A DNA stretch of 64,000 nucleotides, from positions 319,610,001-319,674,000 of the forward strand of contig OZ024743.1 in the NCBI GenBank assembly GCA_964016885.1. Reading direction: 5' to 3'. Shown here piece after piece: positions 14,128 through 27,032 of this stretch (the first letter of the stretch is position 1; each line of letters begins with the position of its first letter). A program made the position numbers and the translations under genes. The stretch is from Eledone cirrhosa. Its lineage: Eukaryota. The notes below the pieces were generated by a model. It was not told where the DNA came from. It saw nothing but the letters and a program-made list of their open reading frames with translations, and searched no databases.

Positions 14128-14593
14128 AATATTTAATATAGAAATGGCTTCTACAGGACTAGAACTGTTTCATTCGAAGGAAATCATCAGGAAAGTCGAC
14201 TGTCAATATGATATGGTGGTATTTATACATTTTCTGGTGGTAAGGAAAGGTGATGATTAGGATGGGTGGAGGTCATTGGCTGATGGATTTAAAGAATGGA
14301 GGTTCTTTGAAAAAACTATACTTAGAGATACAGAATGAACCTTGAAAATTACGAGTGCCTGCATTTGTATCATTCTGTATCACTATGTATTTTTCTCTAA
14401 GTATAGTTTTTTCAAAGAACCTCCATTCTTTAAATCCATCAGCCAATGATCTCCACCCACCCTAATCACCACCTTTCCCTACCACCATAAAATGTATAAA
14501 TACCACCATATCACATTGACAGTCGGCTTTCCTGATGATTTCATTCGAATGAAACAGTTCTAGTCCTGTAGAAGCCATTTCTATATTAAATAT
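14128..14593. repeat. Fold-back inverted repeat with arms of about 200 bp (Penelope pLTR-derived), each arm with a hammerhead-like motif
   Basis: 14128-14328 is the reverse complement of about 14394-14593 with few mismatches. Confidence 0.9.
14525..14576 (+). ncRNA. Hammerhead-like motif (inverted copy at 14146-14197 on minus; related copy near 13657-13705)
   Basis: GGCUUUC-CUGAUGA-UUUCAUUCGAAU-GAAA-CAG(UUCUAGUC)CUG-UA^GAAGCC. The base of stem II is an atypical U-U. Confidence 0.55.
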
Positions 14594-15120
14594 ATATATA
14601 TATATATATATTGGTAAACCGAATAGAAAATGCTGACAAATTGTTCACAGTGAAAAATAGTTTAATTAGGAATAAATGAGAATTAGTAATTGTATTGGTT
14701 AGTATTCAGTTTTGGTTTTAAGTTTTACCGGTTGCGCATTTCTAAATGCTTTTCAAAAATAATTTTGAGATAGAGCGTCCGTGATGTTTGGTCTGATCTG
14801 ATTAGTTTTGGGAATTCTACCTGTTTTTATGTTAAAAAGTGGCTCCAGCGCTATTAAAATTGGTTTTTGCGCCAATTCGTGTTGCAAAAATTCTTGTGGT
14901 CAAAACAATTTTGATTGGTCGGTAGAGGTCATGTGAATGTAAAAAATTGATTTTGCGCCAAGACTGAGAAATGACTCTTTCACAACAAATATGTGTGTGT
15001 GTGTGTAGTAGTAGTAAAGTGTTCGTTGTTGTGATAATGGTTAGCAGGGATGTGTGTGCGAACCGCAGCCTGTTGACAGTTCAAATGCCTATTAAGACAA
15101 GTGTGTGTGTGTGTGTGTGG

Positions 15121-15523
<403 letters not shown>

Positions 15524-15561
15524 ATATTAATAAATGGAAACTATATTTATAAAACCATAAT

Positions 15562-15627
15562 TATTTTATTATATATATTTCAAGGGCGACCAAGGTAAAT
15601 TAAGGTGCGCTTTCATCAGATAAAATA
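15562..15627 (-). ncRNA. Type I hammerhead ribozyme
   Basis: UAUUUUAU-CUGAUGA-AAGCGCACC...GGUCGCCCUU-GAAA-UAUAUA-UA^AUAAAAUA, with an 8-bp stem I and an intact core. Confidence 0.75.
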
Positions 15628-15810
15628 CAGATTAGTTTTATAAATAAATATTGACATACCCGGAAAAAAGACAACCTCAACGGTTGAAAACCTATTGAGT
15701 GCTTTATATCAGTTATAAAAAAATTTAAGCTTGTTGAATCCCAACAAATTAAATATAACCTCTGCATATGTATATATATATATATAAAGAGAGGGGGAGA
15801 GAGAGTGAGA

Positions 15811-15848
<38 letters not shown>

Positions 15849-16802
15849 CACTACGGACTGCTATATTTAGCACCCCTTTCACTTGCCATTGTTCACATAC
15901 AGTGACCCCTCTATAGGACGTTAATCACGTGATAATTCTCTTTCCGTTCGAAAATAACTGGTAGTGGACAAGTCAGTTGAATCTTTTCTTGTTTAAACAT
16001 GTTTCCTGGTGATTTGAGATTTTTACAGCTAAAATTGCTGAGGTTTGCTCAATGAAACTGCAGTAGGGATGCTCTAATTAAATAGGTGAATATTTCTATA
16101 TCTTATTTGCGTTTCCCAAATAATATAGTGGTTATGGATTTCGTCTCACGATCATAAGGTCTTGCATTCGATTCTCGGCAGCACGTAGTGTACTTGAGTA
16201 AGACAGTTTATTTCACGTTACTCCAGTCCATTCAACTAGCAAATATGTTGTATCTCTAATTGAAAGAGCTAGCTTTGTCACCCTCTGTGTCATGCTGAAT
16301 ATCACTGATAACTACCTTATTAAAGTTACACATGCTTGTGGGAATGCTCGGTCGCATTCACGTAATTTTCACAAGCAGGATGTTCTCGTTATTCAAACAA
16401 CTACTACACTCGTCGAAACTGTGAAACACACACTTACTCTCCCTCACTCACACAGACACACATGCATACGCACACGCATAAACGCGCGCACGCACACACG
16501 CGCGCGCACACACCTCAATTTTATATTTGTGTATTTACCATACATCCTGTTTGTTTTGCAACGTGTTTCACATACATGAATGTACATTAATGGCGAATTA
16601 ATGAAGAGATTATTGCAGTATATTGACAGAACAGGATTGACAGAACAGGATTGAAAGAACAGGATTGAGAGAATAGGAATGATAGATTAAGATTCATAGA
16701 TTAGGAAGTGTTGCTAACAACAAATCTCACCAGAGTTGATTTTTCCTTTTCAGCCTATTGTGGAAGTGAGGGGGGAGGGGAATAGTTACCAGTCATTCAA
16801 AA

Positions 16803-17525
16803 CAGAGGTTCTCAAACCTTTTGGGTCACCGCCCCCTCACAGCCACATAATATCCTCAGCGCCCCACCCCTATTTCAAGAGAAACTTATCTACACACACA
16901 TTGTAAATTATATATAATAAATAACATCTTTAATTGATATATAATAAATAATTGTGTCTACTTTTGGCACAAGGCCAGCAAACACTGGTATTACTGGTAC
17001 TTTATTTTATCGACACCGTGATATATAATAAATAATTGTTTCTACTTTTGGCACAAGGCAAGCAATCACTGGTATTACTGGTACTTTATTTTATCGACAC
17101 CGTGATATATAATAATTGTTTCTACTTTTGGCACAAGGCCAGCAATAACCCAGTGCATTACTGGTACTTTATTTTATCGACCCCGTAAGGATGAAAGGCA
17201 AAGTTAACCTCGACGGGATTTGAACTCTGACCATAAAGGGACGTAACTATGCTAGAAAGCATGGCGTCCGACCCTCTACCGATACTGCCAGTTCACCGCC
17301 CTAATAAATAATATAATATATATTATGTATGAATAAATATATATTTTTTTATTTTACTGTATTTATAATATGTATCATTTGATATCTAATATACTATTAT
17401 ATTATCTCTACCCCCCCCCCCACCACCACCACCACCACACTGCCTCTTAGGCTCCAGCGCCCCCTCGGTCCATCTCAATGCCCCCCAAGGGGAAGTGAGG
17501 GTAACGCCCTCTTTGAGAACCTCTT
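16803..17525. mobile_element. hAT-like MITE with a nested SINE insertion
   Basis: TIRs CAGAGGTTCTCAAA / TTTGAGAACCTCT. SINE family A and its duplicated tails lie inside. Confidence 0.7.
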
Positions 17526-17564
17526 AGTTCAATTGATGATGTCGCTCCCACAAATATGCGGAAG

Positions 17565-18232
17565 GGTATGGTAGGGTGTAGTCTAGTGTAGTGTGGTATG
17601 GTGTGGTGTAGACGTGTGTAGTATGGTGTCGTGTGATGTAGTGTGGTGTAGTATGATGTGGTGTGGTATGGTGTTGTGTTGTGGGTTGTTTTGTTGTATG
17701 ATGTTATGTGGTATAACGTGGTATGGTGTGGTAGGGGTGTGTTGTTGTGGAGTGTGTTGTGGTGCGATGTAATGTAGTGTGGTGTGGCTTTGTGGGGTGT
17801 GGTGTGGTATCGTGTAGTGTGATGTAATGTGGTGTGTTGTGGTGTGATTTGGCGTGGTTTAATGTGGTGTGACGTAGTGTTGTGTTGTGTAGTAGGGTGT
17901 GGTGATGTTTGGTGTGGTGTAGAATGGGTGGTGTGGTGTAACGTGGTATCGTATGATGTAGTGTTTAGTGGAGTATAGTGTAGTGTGGTTTGATGTGCTG
18001 TGGTGTAGTTTGGTGTGGTGGGGTGTAGTGTGGTGTTGTATGGCGTAATATGGTGCGCTGTGGTATGGTGAGGGATGGTGTAGCACGGTGTGGTGTTCTG
18101 TGGTATGGTGTAGTGTGATGTTGTATTGTGTGGTGTGGTATAGTGTGGTTTGGTGTAGTATGGTGTGGTATGGTGGGGTATGGTATGATGTGGAATGGTG
18201 TGATGTAGTGTAGTGTGGTATGTTGTGGTTGC
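17565..18232. repeat. Degenerate pentanucleotide satellite (GTGTG/GTGTA/GTATG)n
   Basis: 5-bp periodic G/T-rich tract; source of the spurious His/Thr ORFs. Confidence 0.9.
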
Positions 18233-18274
18233 AACTTCAGAAATCATCATTATGCTATAGGGGAACACCGCCAT

Positions 18275-18349
<75 letters not shown>

Positions 18350-18353
<4 letters not shown>

Positions 18354-20635
18354 ACACAAGAATCAAAGCTATGTTAATATATTTAATTGCTGACAATTGT
18401 TTCTTCCAAGCCAGGATGGGAGTCTTCGGAGCATTATTAATAATGTTTGTACATATAATCAGCCTTCTATTCCGCTGAAGAATCATACAGATACATATTG
18501 TGGACAACAGTGTGGGATGGATGCGACATATATTATGTTATACTATAATTGTACAATAAGATTCAAAATTAAAATTAAAAGCTTTTGGCGGAGCACATGT
18601 GACAGATAATACAAGAGCGCCTAGTAAATAAATAAAATGAAAGAGACAGTACGTGCGTTAGTCATATATAAAGCAATTGAACAAGCAAAAGTATCAAGCA
18701 TATATGAATGATGGGTGTTGCATACAAAATACAAGCACTTAAAGCGGGTGTGTTATTATATTATGGTGGTTGCAATGCGGAGATATTCTCTGTGTAGATC
18801 AAATATGTGTGTGTGTAGAATAATAAAGTTCCAGGTTTCACATCCATTACATTTGTCACGTTATATGTGTATTGAGTGTCTGTTATAGTAATGGCTTGTA
18901 ATGTAAAGTAACTTAGTGTTATTTAGTCCGTATCGTATACTACATTTGTAGAGCTGGGAGAATTTACTACTGTTTAATACCCGAAAGTGGGAGCTAATGC
19001 GTAAGGGGAGGTAATGCGTAAGGGGAGGTAACTAGCTCATTATAATAATAATTAAACTCATTGTTCTAAGGGACTTTATATAGTGTTATAATTGAGGGCC
19101 TAATATAGAAACTATATATTTATATTTAATTTAATTTTAAACCCAGTCTACTCTCTCCTAATACATTAAGGTATCATTATAAAGTTGCCTATCAAGTATT
19201 ATAAAGTGCCATAATTGAATTTCCCATACAAAGTGTTATATATTTATATTAATTTAATCCTAGATACAGTCTACCCTCCCAAAATATATCAAAGGTTTTA
19301 CTAGATTGCTGTCTACCCGGTATATGGTAAGCTATGTAATACCGTATAGCTGTTTGCATGGTAAAGTAGATATATCTCTAGAGTAAATAAACATATCCTT
19401 TATATACAATGTTATTAATGTTAATCCATACATTTGATTATAGATGTATACATAATTCATTGTTCCATATTGCATTTAAGTTAGATAAATCCCTTATGTT
19501 ACTACATTAATCCTATATATATACAATGATATTAATTTTTACATTTAATTGAAAGTGTATATATAATTCATTGTTACGTTTAATATTTAAAGTTTATCCA
19601 AATTATATTTCCATCACTATATAATTATAAGTAATCTAAGTTTACTATATTAAGAGTATAGAGTTATAGGTCGGCTGAATTGTGTAGAGGAAAGAGTGAA
19701 TCAAAGAGTGTGGTGCAGTGGTGCAATGCAAGCCCTAAAGGTGAAGTGCTAATGGAGGTGCTGAGTTCAAAACTGACATTGCTATATACTAGGTTTAAAG
19801 CTTTGGAAAGAGTGTCGCAAGCGGTGCTGGCACTTCCGATTTTTTATTAAGGAAGTTAAAGTTCGAAAAGATTATAATATGGGTCTCTAGAAGACAGAGG
19901 TTACAAAATTTATTAGGTGGTTTATACGATGCTGCCCTACCTACTTCCCATTGAAGTGTATATGATCTATTCCTAGTTTTCAGATAGTGTATGTAGCTAG
20001 ATAGTGAAGTGGAGTTGGCTAGATTGTGCTTCCTGAAAGAGTTAAGGTGTGAGTTGTATCTCGTCTTGAAGCAGTTCGAAGTGGAGCCTATATAGGTTTT
20101 AGAAGAGTTGATAGTGTTGACCGTGCATGAGTAAATGATGTCCTTGATTAAGCAGTTGTTACTTAAAGGGCAGGTTCTATTTATTTTGAGTTATATCTTG
20201 TCAGTTATTATGCTGCGTAGAAGTCTGGTTGCTAGGTATTGCATTAGGGCTACGATGGTTGTCGGTCCCAATGTTATTGATTTCATTATTGTTACTACTA
20301 TTATTACTATTGCTATTAGGGTTAGTAGTTATTATGTTGTTTCGAAAGTTTCCCTCTTGTTGTCTTTTAATTTGATGGAGATAAGCATTAATTTTTATTT
20401 TATTACTACTAGCTATATGGTATGCTATGTTAGGTGTAGTAGATTAGGAGATTTTAATAGTGTTTTTATTTAAAAGCCTATGGTACTTGTGGCCCGACGG
20501 GAAGTTTCTTTCTAGGATTGAGAAGAAGGCCCTAGGTAAGTTGGTAGAGACGTTTAGATTGTAGTAATAAATTACCGACCTTACCTGTTTATAGTTGTAT
20601 ATAGTATAGTATATACATAACTATAAATAGTATCC

Positions 20636-20640
<5 letters not shown>
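18350..20640 (-). mobile_element. Decayed Penelope-like element (GIY-YIG domain plus pLTR)
   Basis: Minus-strand translation at about 19850-20180 gives CPLSNNCLIKDIIYSCTV..KTYIGSTSNCFKTRYNSH..CNLCLLE. A hammerhead sits at the 3' end and (TA)n lies on both sides. Confidence 0.8.
18385..18436 (-). ncRNA. Degenerate hammerhead in a Penelope pLTR
   Basis: UGCU-CCGAAGA(core U>C)-CUCCCA...UUGGAA-GAAA-CAAUUG-UC^AGCA. Stem III is the palindrome ACAAUUGU. Confidence 0.55.
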
Positions 20641-20718
<78 letters not shown>

Positions 20719-21013
20719 TATGTATACGTACATACATATATGTATACAGACGCACAGTAGTATGTATATATATATACATACATGCACACATATATATATA
20801 TATGCACGTATGGATTCACCGAACATTTATTATAATTCTCGGTGTGTTTGTAAACAAACATCCCGAATTAAGCCGTACAGTGTCTAGCATCCATCGTTGC
20901 TCATTTGTTCAACACTAAGAGTGAGAAATGAAATTTCGTTTCATTTTTTCCGTTTATATATATATATATTATTCAAAATATTAATAAATGAAAAATATTC
21001 TCATAATCAAAAT

Positions 21014-21098
21014 ATATATTTTATTATACATATTTCAAAGGTACAATGGTGTTTAAGTACGTTTTCATCAGAAAGTACGTTTTCATCAGAAAAATATA
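21014..21098 (-). ncRNA. Hammerhead ribozyme related to the 15.6-kb copy, with an 18-nt duplication of the core 5' strand
   Basis: CUGAUGA-AAACGUAC...GUACCUUU-GAAA-UAUGUA-UA^AUAAAAUA. The segment UUUCUGAUGAAAACGUAC is present twice in tandem. Confidence 0.6.
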
Positions 21099-21758
21099 AG
21101 ATTTGATATGCGACATACCGCTACGGTTTTGATTATTCAATTCCAATAGTGGCATTGATTTATTTTACCAACTCTCAACGTTTTTATACCACAAATAATA
21201 ATTGTTTCTACAATAGGCACAAGGCCAGCAATTATCCCAGTGTATTACTGGTACTTTATTTTATCGATCCCGTTAGTATGAAAGGCAAAGTTAACCTCGA
21301 CGGGATTTGAACTCAGAATGGCAAGGGCCGTAACTCTATGCGTCAAAGCATGGCGTCCGACCCTCTACCGATACTGCCAATTCACCGATAATATGATAAA
21401 CTTAGAGAAGAAGAGGACGTAGAGCAAGGTAGAAATATAGAAGGGGATGCAAAGAAAAGGAAAAGGCGAGAAATAAACCAATAAATAAATAAATAAAATA
21501 AATGAAGAAAAGAAGAAAAAAGATGTAAGAGAAAAAAAAAGGGAATAAAAACAAAAGAAAGGGAAGATGTGGGGAGAAAAAAGAAAAAAGAAGGGGAATA
21601 AAGAAAAACGAAGAAGAGGAAAAGGAAAATATGAAATAGAGGGGAAAATAAAAAACTGTTGTATTCAAATGCTAGACAAAATTAGAAATCAAAAATTTGT
21701 TCACATATATCAATGAATATCGCTTGTATTGGATTACTCTTTAGTTAATTATAAGTTT

Positions 21759-22216
21759 ACTAGCAGAGGTACCCGGCGTTGCTCGGATATTAAATAGCAG
21801 TTGTGTATACCATTTATGTCAATACTTCAGTGCTGCTTCGAAAACTATACTTTTACAAAATCATCGGCTTTTTCCAAAAGGGAATTCCTGCTCCCAGGAG
21901 TCGCCTACCCAATATGTGCCAATTCTGAGAGTTAACATTCATCTGTAGGACAAACGTAGCCCATGTCTCAAGTTTTGTGAAAATCGGTTGCGAACTCCAG
22001 AAATTATGACGTTTTGTTGCATTGCACTGCAGTGCTTCAGTCGACTCCAAGGAAGTCGTTAAAGTGGTTAAAGGGGTTATCTGCCAGGGGGCCCTATAAT
22101 TAATATCTGGAAAAATAACAGTGCCCATGACCATCCGGAGTACATAAGTAACCTATGTCTTAAGTTTGGTGAAAATACTGTAGAAATGCATAAGATTTAT
22201 ACATACGCGCATGCGT

Positions 22217-22301
<85 letters not shown>

Positions 22302-23851
22302 GGGTGTGTTTGGGTGTGTGTGTTTGGGTGTGTATGTATTTGTGTGTACGTATGTATGTGTATGTCCGTCGGGGCATGCGTATGTACTGGCCTAAATCTT
22401 CACTATTTACTTTTACTATTTTAATAACCTCTGTCATTTTCGTTTTCAATTTTATTTACATCATTCTTAAACTCCGGGGCTAGAAATCATTCTGTTATTT
22501 TAAATAGAATATTAGTCTAACGACTCCATTTATACCATAAACTTGGTCTTGTCTTTGCATGAAATTGTTCTTTAGACTCCACATAACGACGTATTATCCT
22601 CGCTTTTTTTTCGTTCATTGCCAGGGAACGTCTTCACGAACCAAAATATCGTCTTCCTGTTTTCGTTCGGTTGCAACGTTTCTCGAAATATTTACTTCTG
22701 CGTTCACAGATTACTCTCAGTTCAATTTGAATGGGAAATTCCTGTTTCATCGATTTTCTCCGTAACCATGGAAGCTTGTAGTAGCCAAAAGTTTATTAAC
22801 AGCGAAATAGCGTTGTCTTTGATATGTTATTTTAAATAAGACAATGATTTGAAAAATACTACTTACTGTTAGTGATGGTTAACATGTATTAGAAATAAAA
22901 TGAAAATGATATCTGAAAAAACGTACTTGAGAACATGACTCCCTTCTTCGAAATTTAAGGGTTTTATTTCTTTTGATGGAAAACAGTGACTGTTTTCGGT
23001 TTGGCATTTCGTAAAATGCTACTGCAGAATTGATTTCATAAAACGGTACTGTATGATAGTTTACACTTTGATTGCCCTGGTCAGCAAGAGGGGCCTCTAT
23101 ATATTAGATATTTATTAGAAAAGGGGGAAATAACTAACCCCAGTATTAGAACAGGGGGTTCGTAATGTAAGGGTTTTATTTCTTTTGTTAGAAAACAGTT
23201 ACCTTTTTCGTTTTGGCATTTCGTAAAATTCTATTGCAGAATCGATTTCATAAAACAGTACTGTATGATCGTTATAGAATTATTTAAATTTAATATAGAG
23301 CAATTGTATTTTAAAAATGAAAATGAAACATACTGTAGTAGCCAAAAGTTTATTAACAGCGAAATAACGTTGTCTTTGATATGTTATTTTAAATAAGACA
23401 ATGAATCGAAAAATACTACTTACGGTTAGTGGTGGTTAACATGTATTAGAAATAAAATGAAAATGATATCTGAAAAAACGTACTTGAGAACATGACTCCC
23501 TTCTTTTTAAGGGTTTTATATCTTTTGATGGAAAACAGTGACCGTTTTCGGATTGGCATTTCGTAAAATGGTACTGTATGTTAACAGCGAAAGAAAGCTG
23601 CGAAAGAACGCCGCGAAATAAATTGATGAGTTGGTATTAGAACAGGGGGAAATAACTCACCGAACGCGATAGTTTTGGGGCCCCAGGGACCACATTTTTC
23701 AAGTTAGAGATTTGAAACCTCGTCTATATTCTTCCTTGGCACGTTTTACATAGGTGTGTACATTTCCATGTCCGTCCGACCACGTCTACTACCATTTAAC
23801 CGTGTACATCTGAATTTCAACCACCGCCCATTTCACAAATATATATTAGAT
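21759..23851 (+). mobile_element. Putative non-autonomous Helitron/Helentron-like composite element(s)
   Basis: Starts ACTAGCAGAGGTACCCGGCGTTGCTCGG and has TATATATTAGAT ends at about 23109 and 23851. Contains an internal (TG)n tract and a direct duplication (about 22777-23055 versus 23334-23580). Confidence 0.45.
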
Positions 23852-24764
23852 ATTGTATCCAGATTATTAGGTATAGATTACTTTCTGTAGCAATCACATA
23901 TTTAAGTTAATTACAATCTTATATGCTTAAATTAAATTAATTTAATTTAGCTCATTCTAGATTATTATAATTTTTTATTATAAGGTAAAATATTCTGTTA
24001 ATATTATACTACAACTTTAAAAGAAATTATCTTTAAAGCCTAATTAAATAATTATTAAATATGTATTAACATATAATAACATGCATATATCCCCATCAAT
24101 GCATATAATATATTTTGTTCATTTATTATCTAAATTAATTTAAAATTTAGAAATTCACTTTTTGTGAAAACTTTGTTGTTTTTTAATTTTCCTTTATTTC
24201 TTAGAATCCAACTGTGCTTATATTTACTCTCTATAAATTATATTTCATTTAATGAATGGTTATATTTACTTCTGTATTTAATTATTCTGATATATAGTTT
24301 CCTTTTAATGATAGTCTATGTATTATTAAACTATTAATCATTATTTATTAATCCATATTTTATATTTTATATATGTTTTTTCAATCTAATCAAAAAAGTT
24401 TACGGCAATGTAAACAAAAGGAAGACAACTTATTCACAATGTAAAAGTATTTTTTAACTTATAGGGAATCTCTTCTCTCACGTCCAGCGATATTTTAAGA
24501 ACTTTAAATTATCTATTGTATATATCCTAATTGATGTCTAATTAAATATGGAACTATCCTAATCAAAGCATAGGATAAAAACAACTCTCAATGAGGTTAT
24601 TCCATTACATATAAATATCTATAAATTATTACTTCAATTAGGGAAAATTTACATATATTTAAATTGTATTTTGTCCTTATTAGTAGACTATAGGATGTAT
24701 CTAGTACTTCTTACAGTTGAGAAACACACACACACATATATATATATATATTTCTCAACTGTAA

Positions 24765-25047
24765 TAGTGGACAACCATGAGTGGCTAGAAATAGCGATGA
24801 CCTGTACAATTCTTGGCCACTCATAGAATGACAACAACAGGATCTAAGCCCACAGGCGAAGGATATCGATGTAAAAGGACATTAGGAAAATCTGCTTCGT
24901 AGAATCAAGACGTATCTGAGGACCTTGAGATTTTCAGAGTCAGGTTCGATCATCACATCGATCGAGCCTCGAGCTGGTCGCCAGAGAAACGATTGTAATA
25001 TGTCCAATAAATTCCATTCGTCGCAACACTGATTCTCTTTTTTTCTG
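24765..25047 (-). repeat. About 290-bp segment that is an inverted copy of about 30870-31160
   Basis: AAAAGAGAATCAGTGTTGCGACGAATGGAATTTATTGGAC...TTCTAGCCACTCATGGTTGTCCAC appears in opposite orientations at the two sites. Confidence 0.85.
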
Positions 25048-25077
25048 TGATATATATATATATACACCCATATACAT

Positions 25078-25148
<71 letters not shown>

Positions 25149-25496
25149 CATATATATATATGTATATATATGTATATATATATGTATATATACATATATA
25201 TATATGTATATATATATGTATGTATATATGTATGTATATATATATGTATATATATATATTTTTTTACAGTCGATTCGTCAAATCGGACCGAGGAAACAAT
25301 GTTTCCATTGGTCTTTCCAATTGCTAATACTATCTATCGGTCGCAACTCCAGGTAGAAGGATCAACGTGAAATAAAGTGTCTTGCCCAAGGACATAACGC
25401 ATCGCCCGGTCCAGTTATCGAACTCACAACCTCACGATTGAGAGTTCAACTTTCTTACCACTCAGCCACGCGCCTTCACCAATATATATATATATG

Positions 25497-25565
<69 letters not shown>

Positions 25566-25777
25566 GTTAAAGTGTACATCTACATATGTATACGGAAGTA
25601 TTAGTATGCATATAAATACACACATGTATACATATGTACATGTACTGAGTTTTTCACTAGACACTTTACAGTGAGTGTCAGCTAGTCTGTATGTAACCAC
25701 ACAGACGGACCGGGTTTTAGAGTCATACGAGTTTTCAAGGAAACACATTTCCTCTATTCTCCAGAGAGCCAGACAGG

Positions 25778-25822
25778 AATATTGGACTAGTTTCGATGTT
25801 ATTACATCTCATCAGCAATATT
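25778..25822 (-). ncRNA. Type I hammerhead ribozyme (array copy 1)
   Basis: Minus strand reads AAUAUUG-CUGAUGA-GAUGU(AAUA)ACAUC-GAAA-CUAG-UC^CAAUAUU: 7-bp stem I, intact core, 5-bp stem II, palindromic ACUAGU stem III, GUC cleavage triplet. Confidence 0.92.
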
Positions 25823-26246
25823 TACCCATCTTCCGGCTTCTCTGGAGAATTGTAAAAGCACATATCGTTATATGCTTTTTCTATGAAAATTAGTAGTGGG
25901 TAGACTAATTTGCATAGAACGTGAGTCATTGTACGCACCGGTTCAGCGGAAACGATAAAAACAAATAACGAAACGAAATTAAATTTCGTTTCGCTTCTAA
26001 CTCACTTTTGTATGACTGACGCTTAAACAATTAAGTTAAAGTGTACATCTACATATGTATACGGAAGTATTAGTATGCATATAAATACACACATGTATAC
26101 ATATGTACATGTACTGAGTTTTTCATTAGACACTTTACAGTGAGTGTCAGCTAGTCTGTATGTAACCACACAGACGGACCGGGTTTTAGAGTCATACGAG
26201 TTTTCAAGGAAACACATTTCCTCCATTCTCCAGAGAGCCAGACAGG

Positions 26247-26291
26247 AATATTGGACTAGTTTCGATGTTATTACATCTCATCAGCAATATT
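26247..26291 (-). ncRNA. Type I hammerhead ribozyme (array copy 2)
   Basis: Identical to copy 1, offset by +469. Confidence 0.92.
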
Positions 26292-26715
26292 TACCCATCT
26301 TCCGGCTTCTCTGGAGAGTTGTAAAAGCACATATCGTTATATGCTTTTTCTATGAAAATTAGTAGTGGGTAGACTAATTTGCATAGAACGTGTGTCATTG
26401 TACGCACGGGTTCAGCGGAAACGATAAAAACAAATAACGAAACGAAATTAAATTTCGTTTCGCTTCTAACTCACTTTTGTATGACTGACGCTTAAACAAT
26501 TAAGTTAAAGTGTACATCTACATATGTATACGGAAGTATTAGTATGCATATAAATACACACATGTATACATATGTACATGTACTGAGTTTTTCACTAGCC
26601 ACTTTACAGTGAGTGTCAGCTAGTCTGTATGTAACCACACAGACGGACCGGGTTTTAGAGTCATACGAGTTTTCAAGGAAACACATTTCCTCTATTCTCC
26701 AGAGAGCCAGACAGG

Positions 26716-26760
26716 AATATTGGACTAGTTTCGATGTTATTACATCTCATCAGCAATATT
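26716..26760 (-). ncRNA. Type I hammerhead ribozyme (array copy 3)
   Basis: Identical to copy 1, offset by +938. Confidence 0.92.
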
Positions 26761-26959
26761 TACCCATCTTCCGGCTTCTCTGGAGAATTGTAAAAGCACA
26801 TATCGTTATATGCTTTTTCTATGAAAATTAGTAGTGGGTAGACTAATTTGCATAGAACGTGAGTCATTGTACGCACCGGTTCAGCGGAAACGATAAAAAC
26901 AAATAACGAAACGAAATTAAATTTCGTTTCGCTTCTAACTCACTTTTGTATGACTGACG

Positions 26960-27030
<71 letters not shown>

Positions 27031-27032
<2 letters not shown>

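Larger units (their letters stand above)
25561..26963 (-). repeat. Tandem array of three near-identical 469-bp non-coding units (retrozyme-like), flanked by (TA)n
   Basis: Unit start ATTAAGTTAAAGTGTACATC recurs at 25561, 26030 and 26499. Only a handful of substitutions separate the copies. Each unit carries a hammerhead. Confidence 0.95.

Noticed and set aside
16938-17200. Regularly spaced repeats superficially like a CRISPR array
   Set aside because: The units are duplicated SINE tails without unique spacers, in a eukaryotic context with no cas genes.
17447-18274. 275-aa His/Thr-rich ORF resembling a histidine-rich protein
   Set aside because: It derives from a pentanucleotide satellite open in several frames, with no domain or splice support.
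18470-18595. Plus-strand CTGAAGA hammerhead candidate
   Set aside because: No properly placed GAAA/UH or stem III. The element's ribozyme is on the minus strand at 18385-18436.
25675-26831. Three copies of a 72-aa ORF (MSASLYVTT...) in the 469-bp repeat
   Set aside because: GTG start, no recognisable domain, and it lies antisense to the hammerhead. The unit is better explained as structured non-coding RNA.
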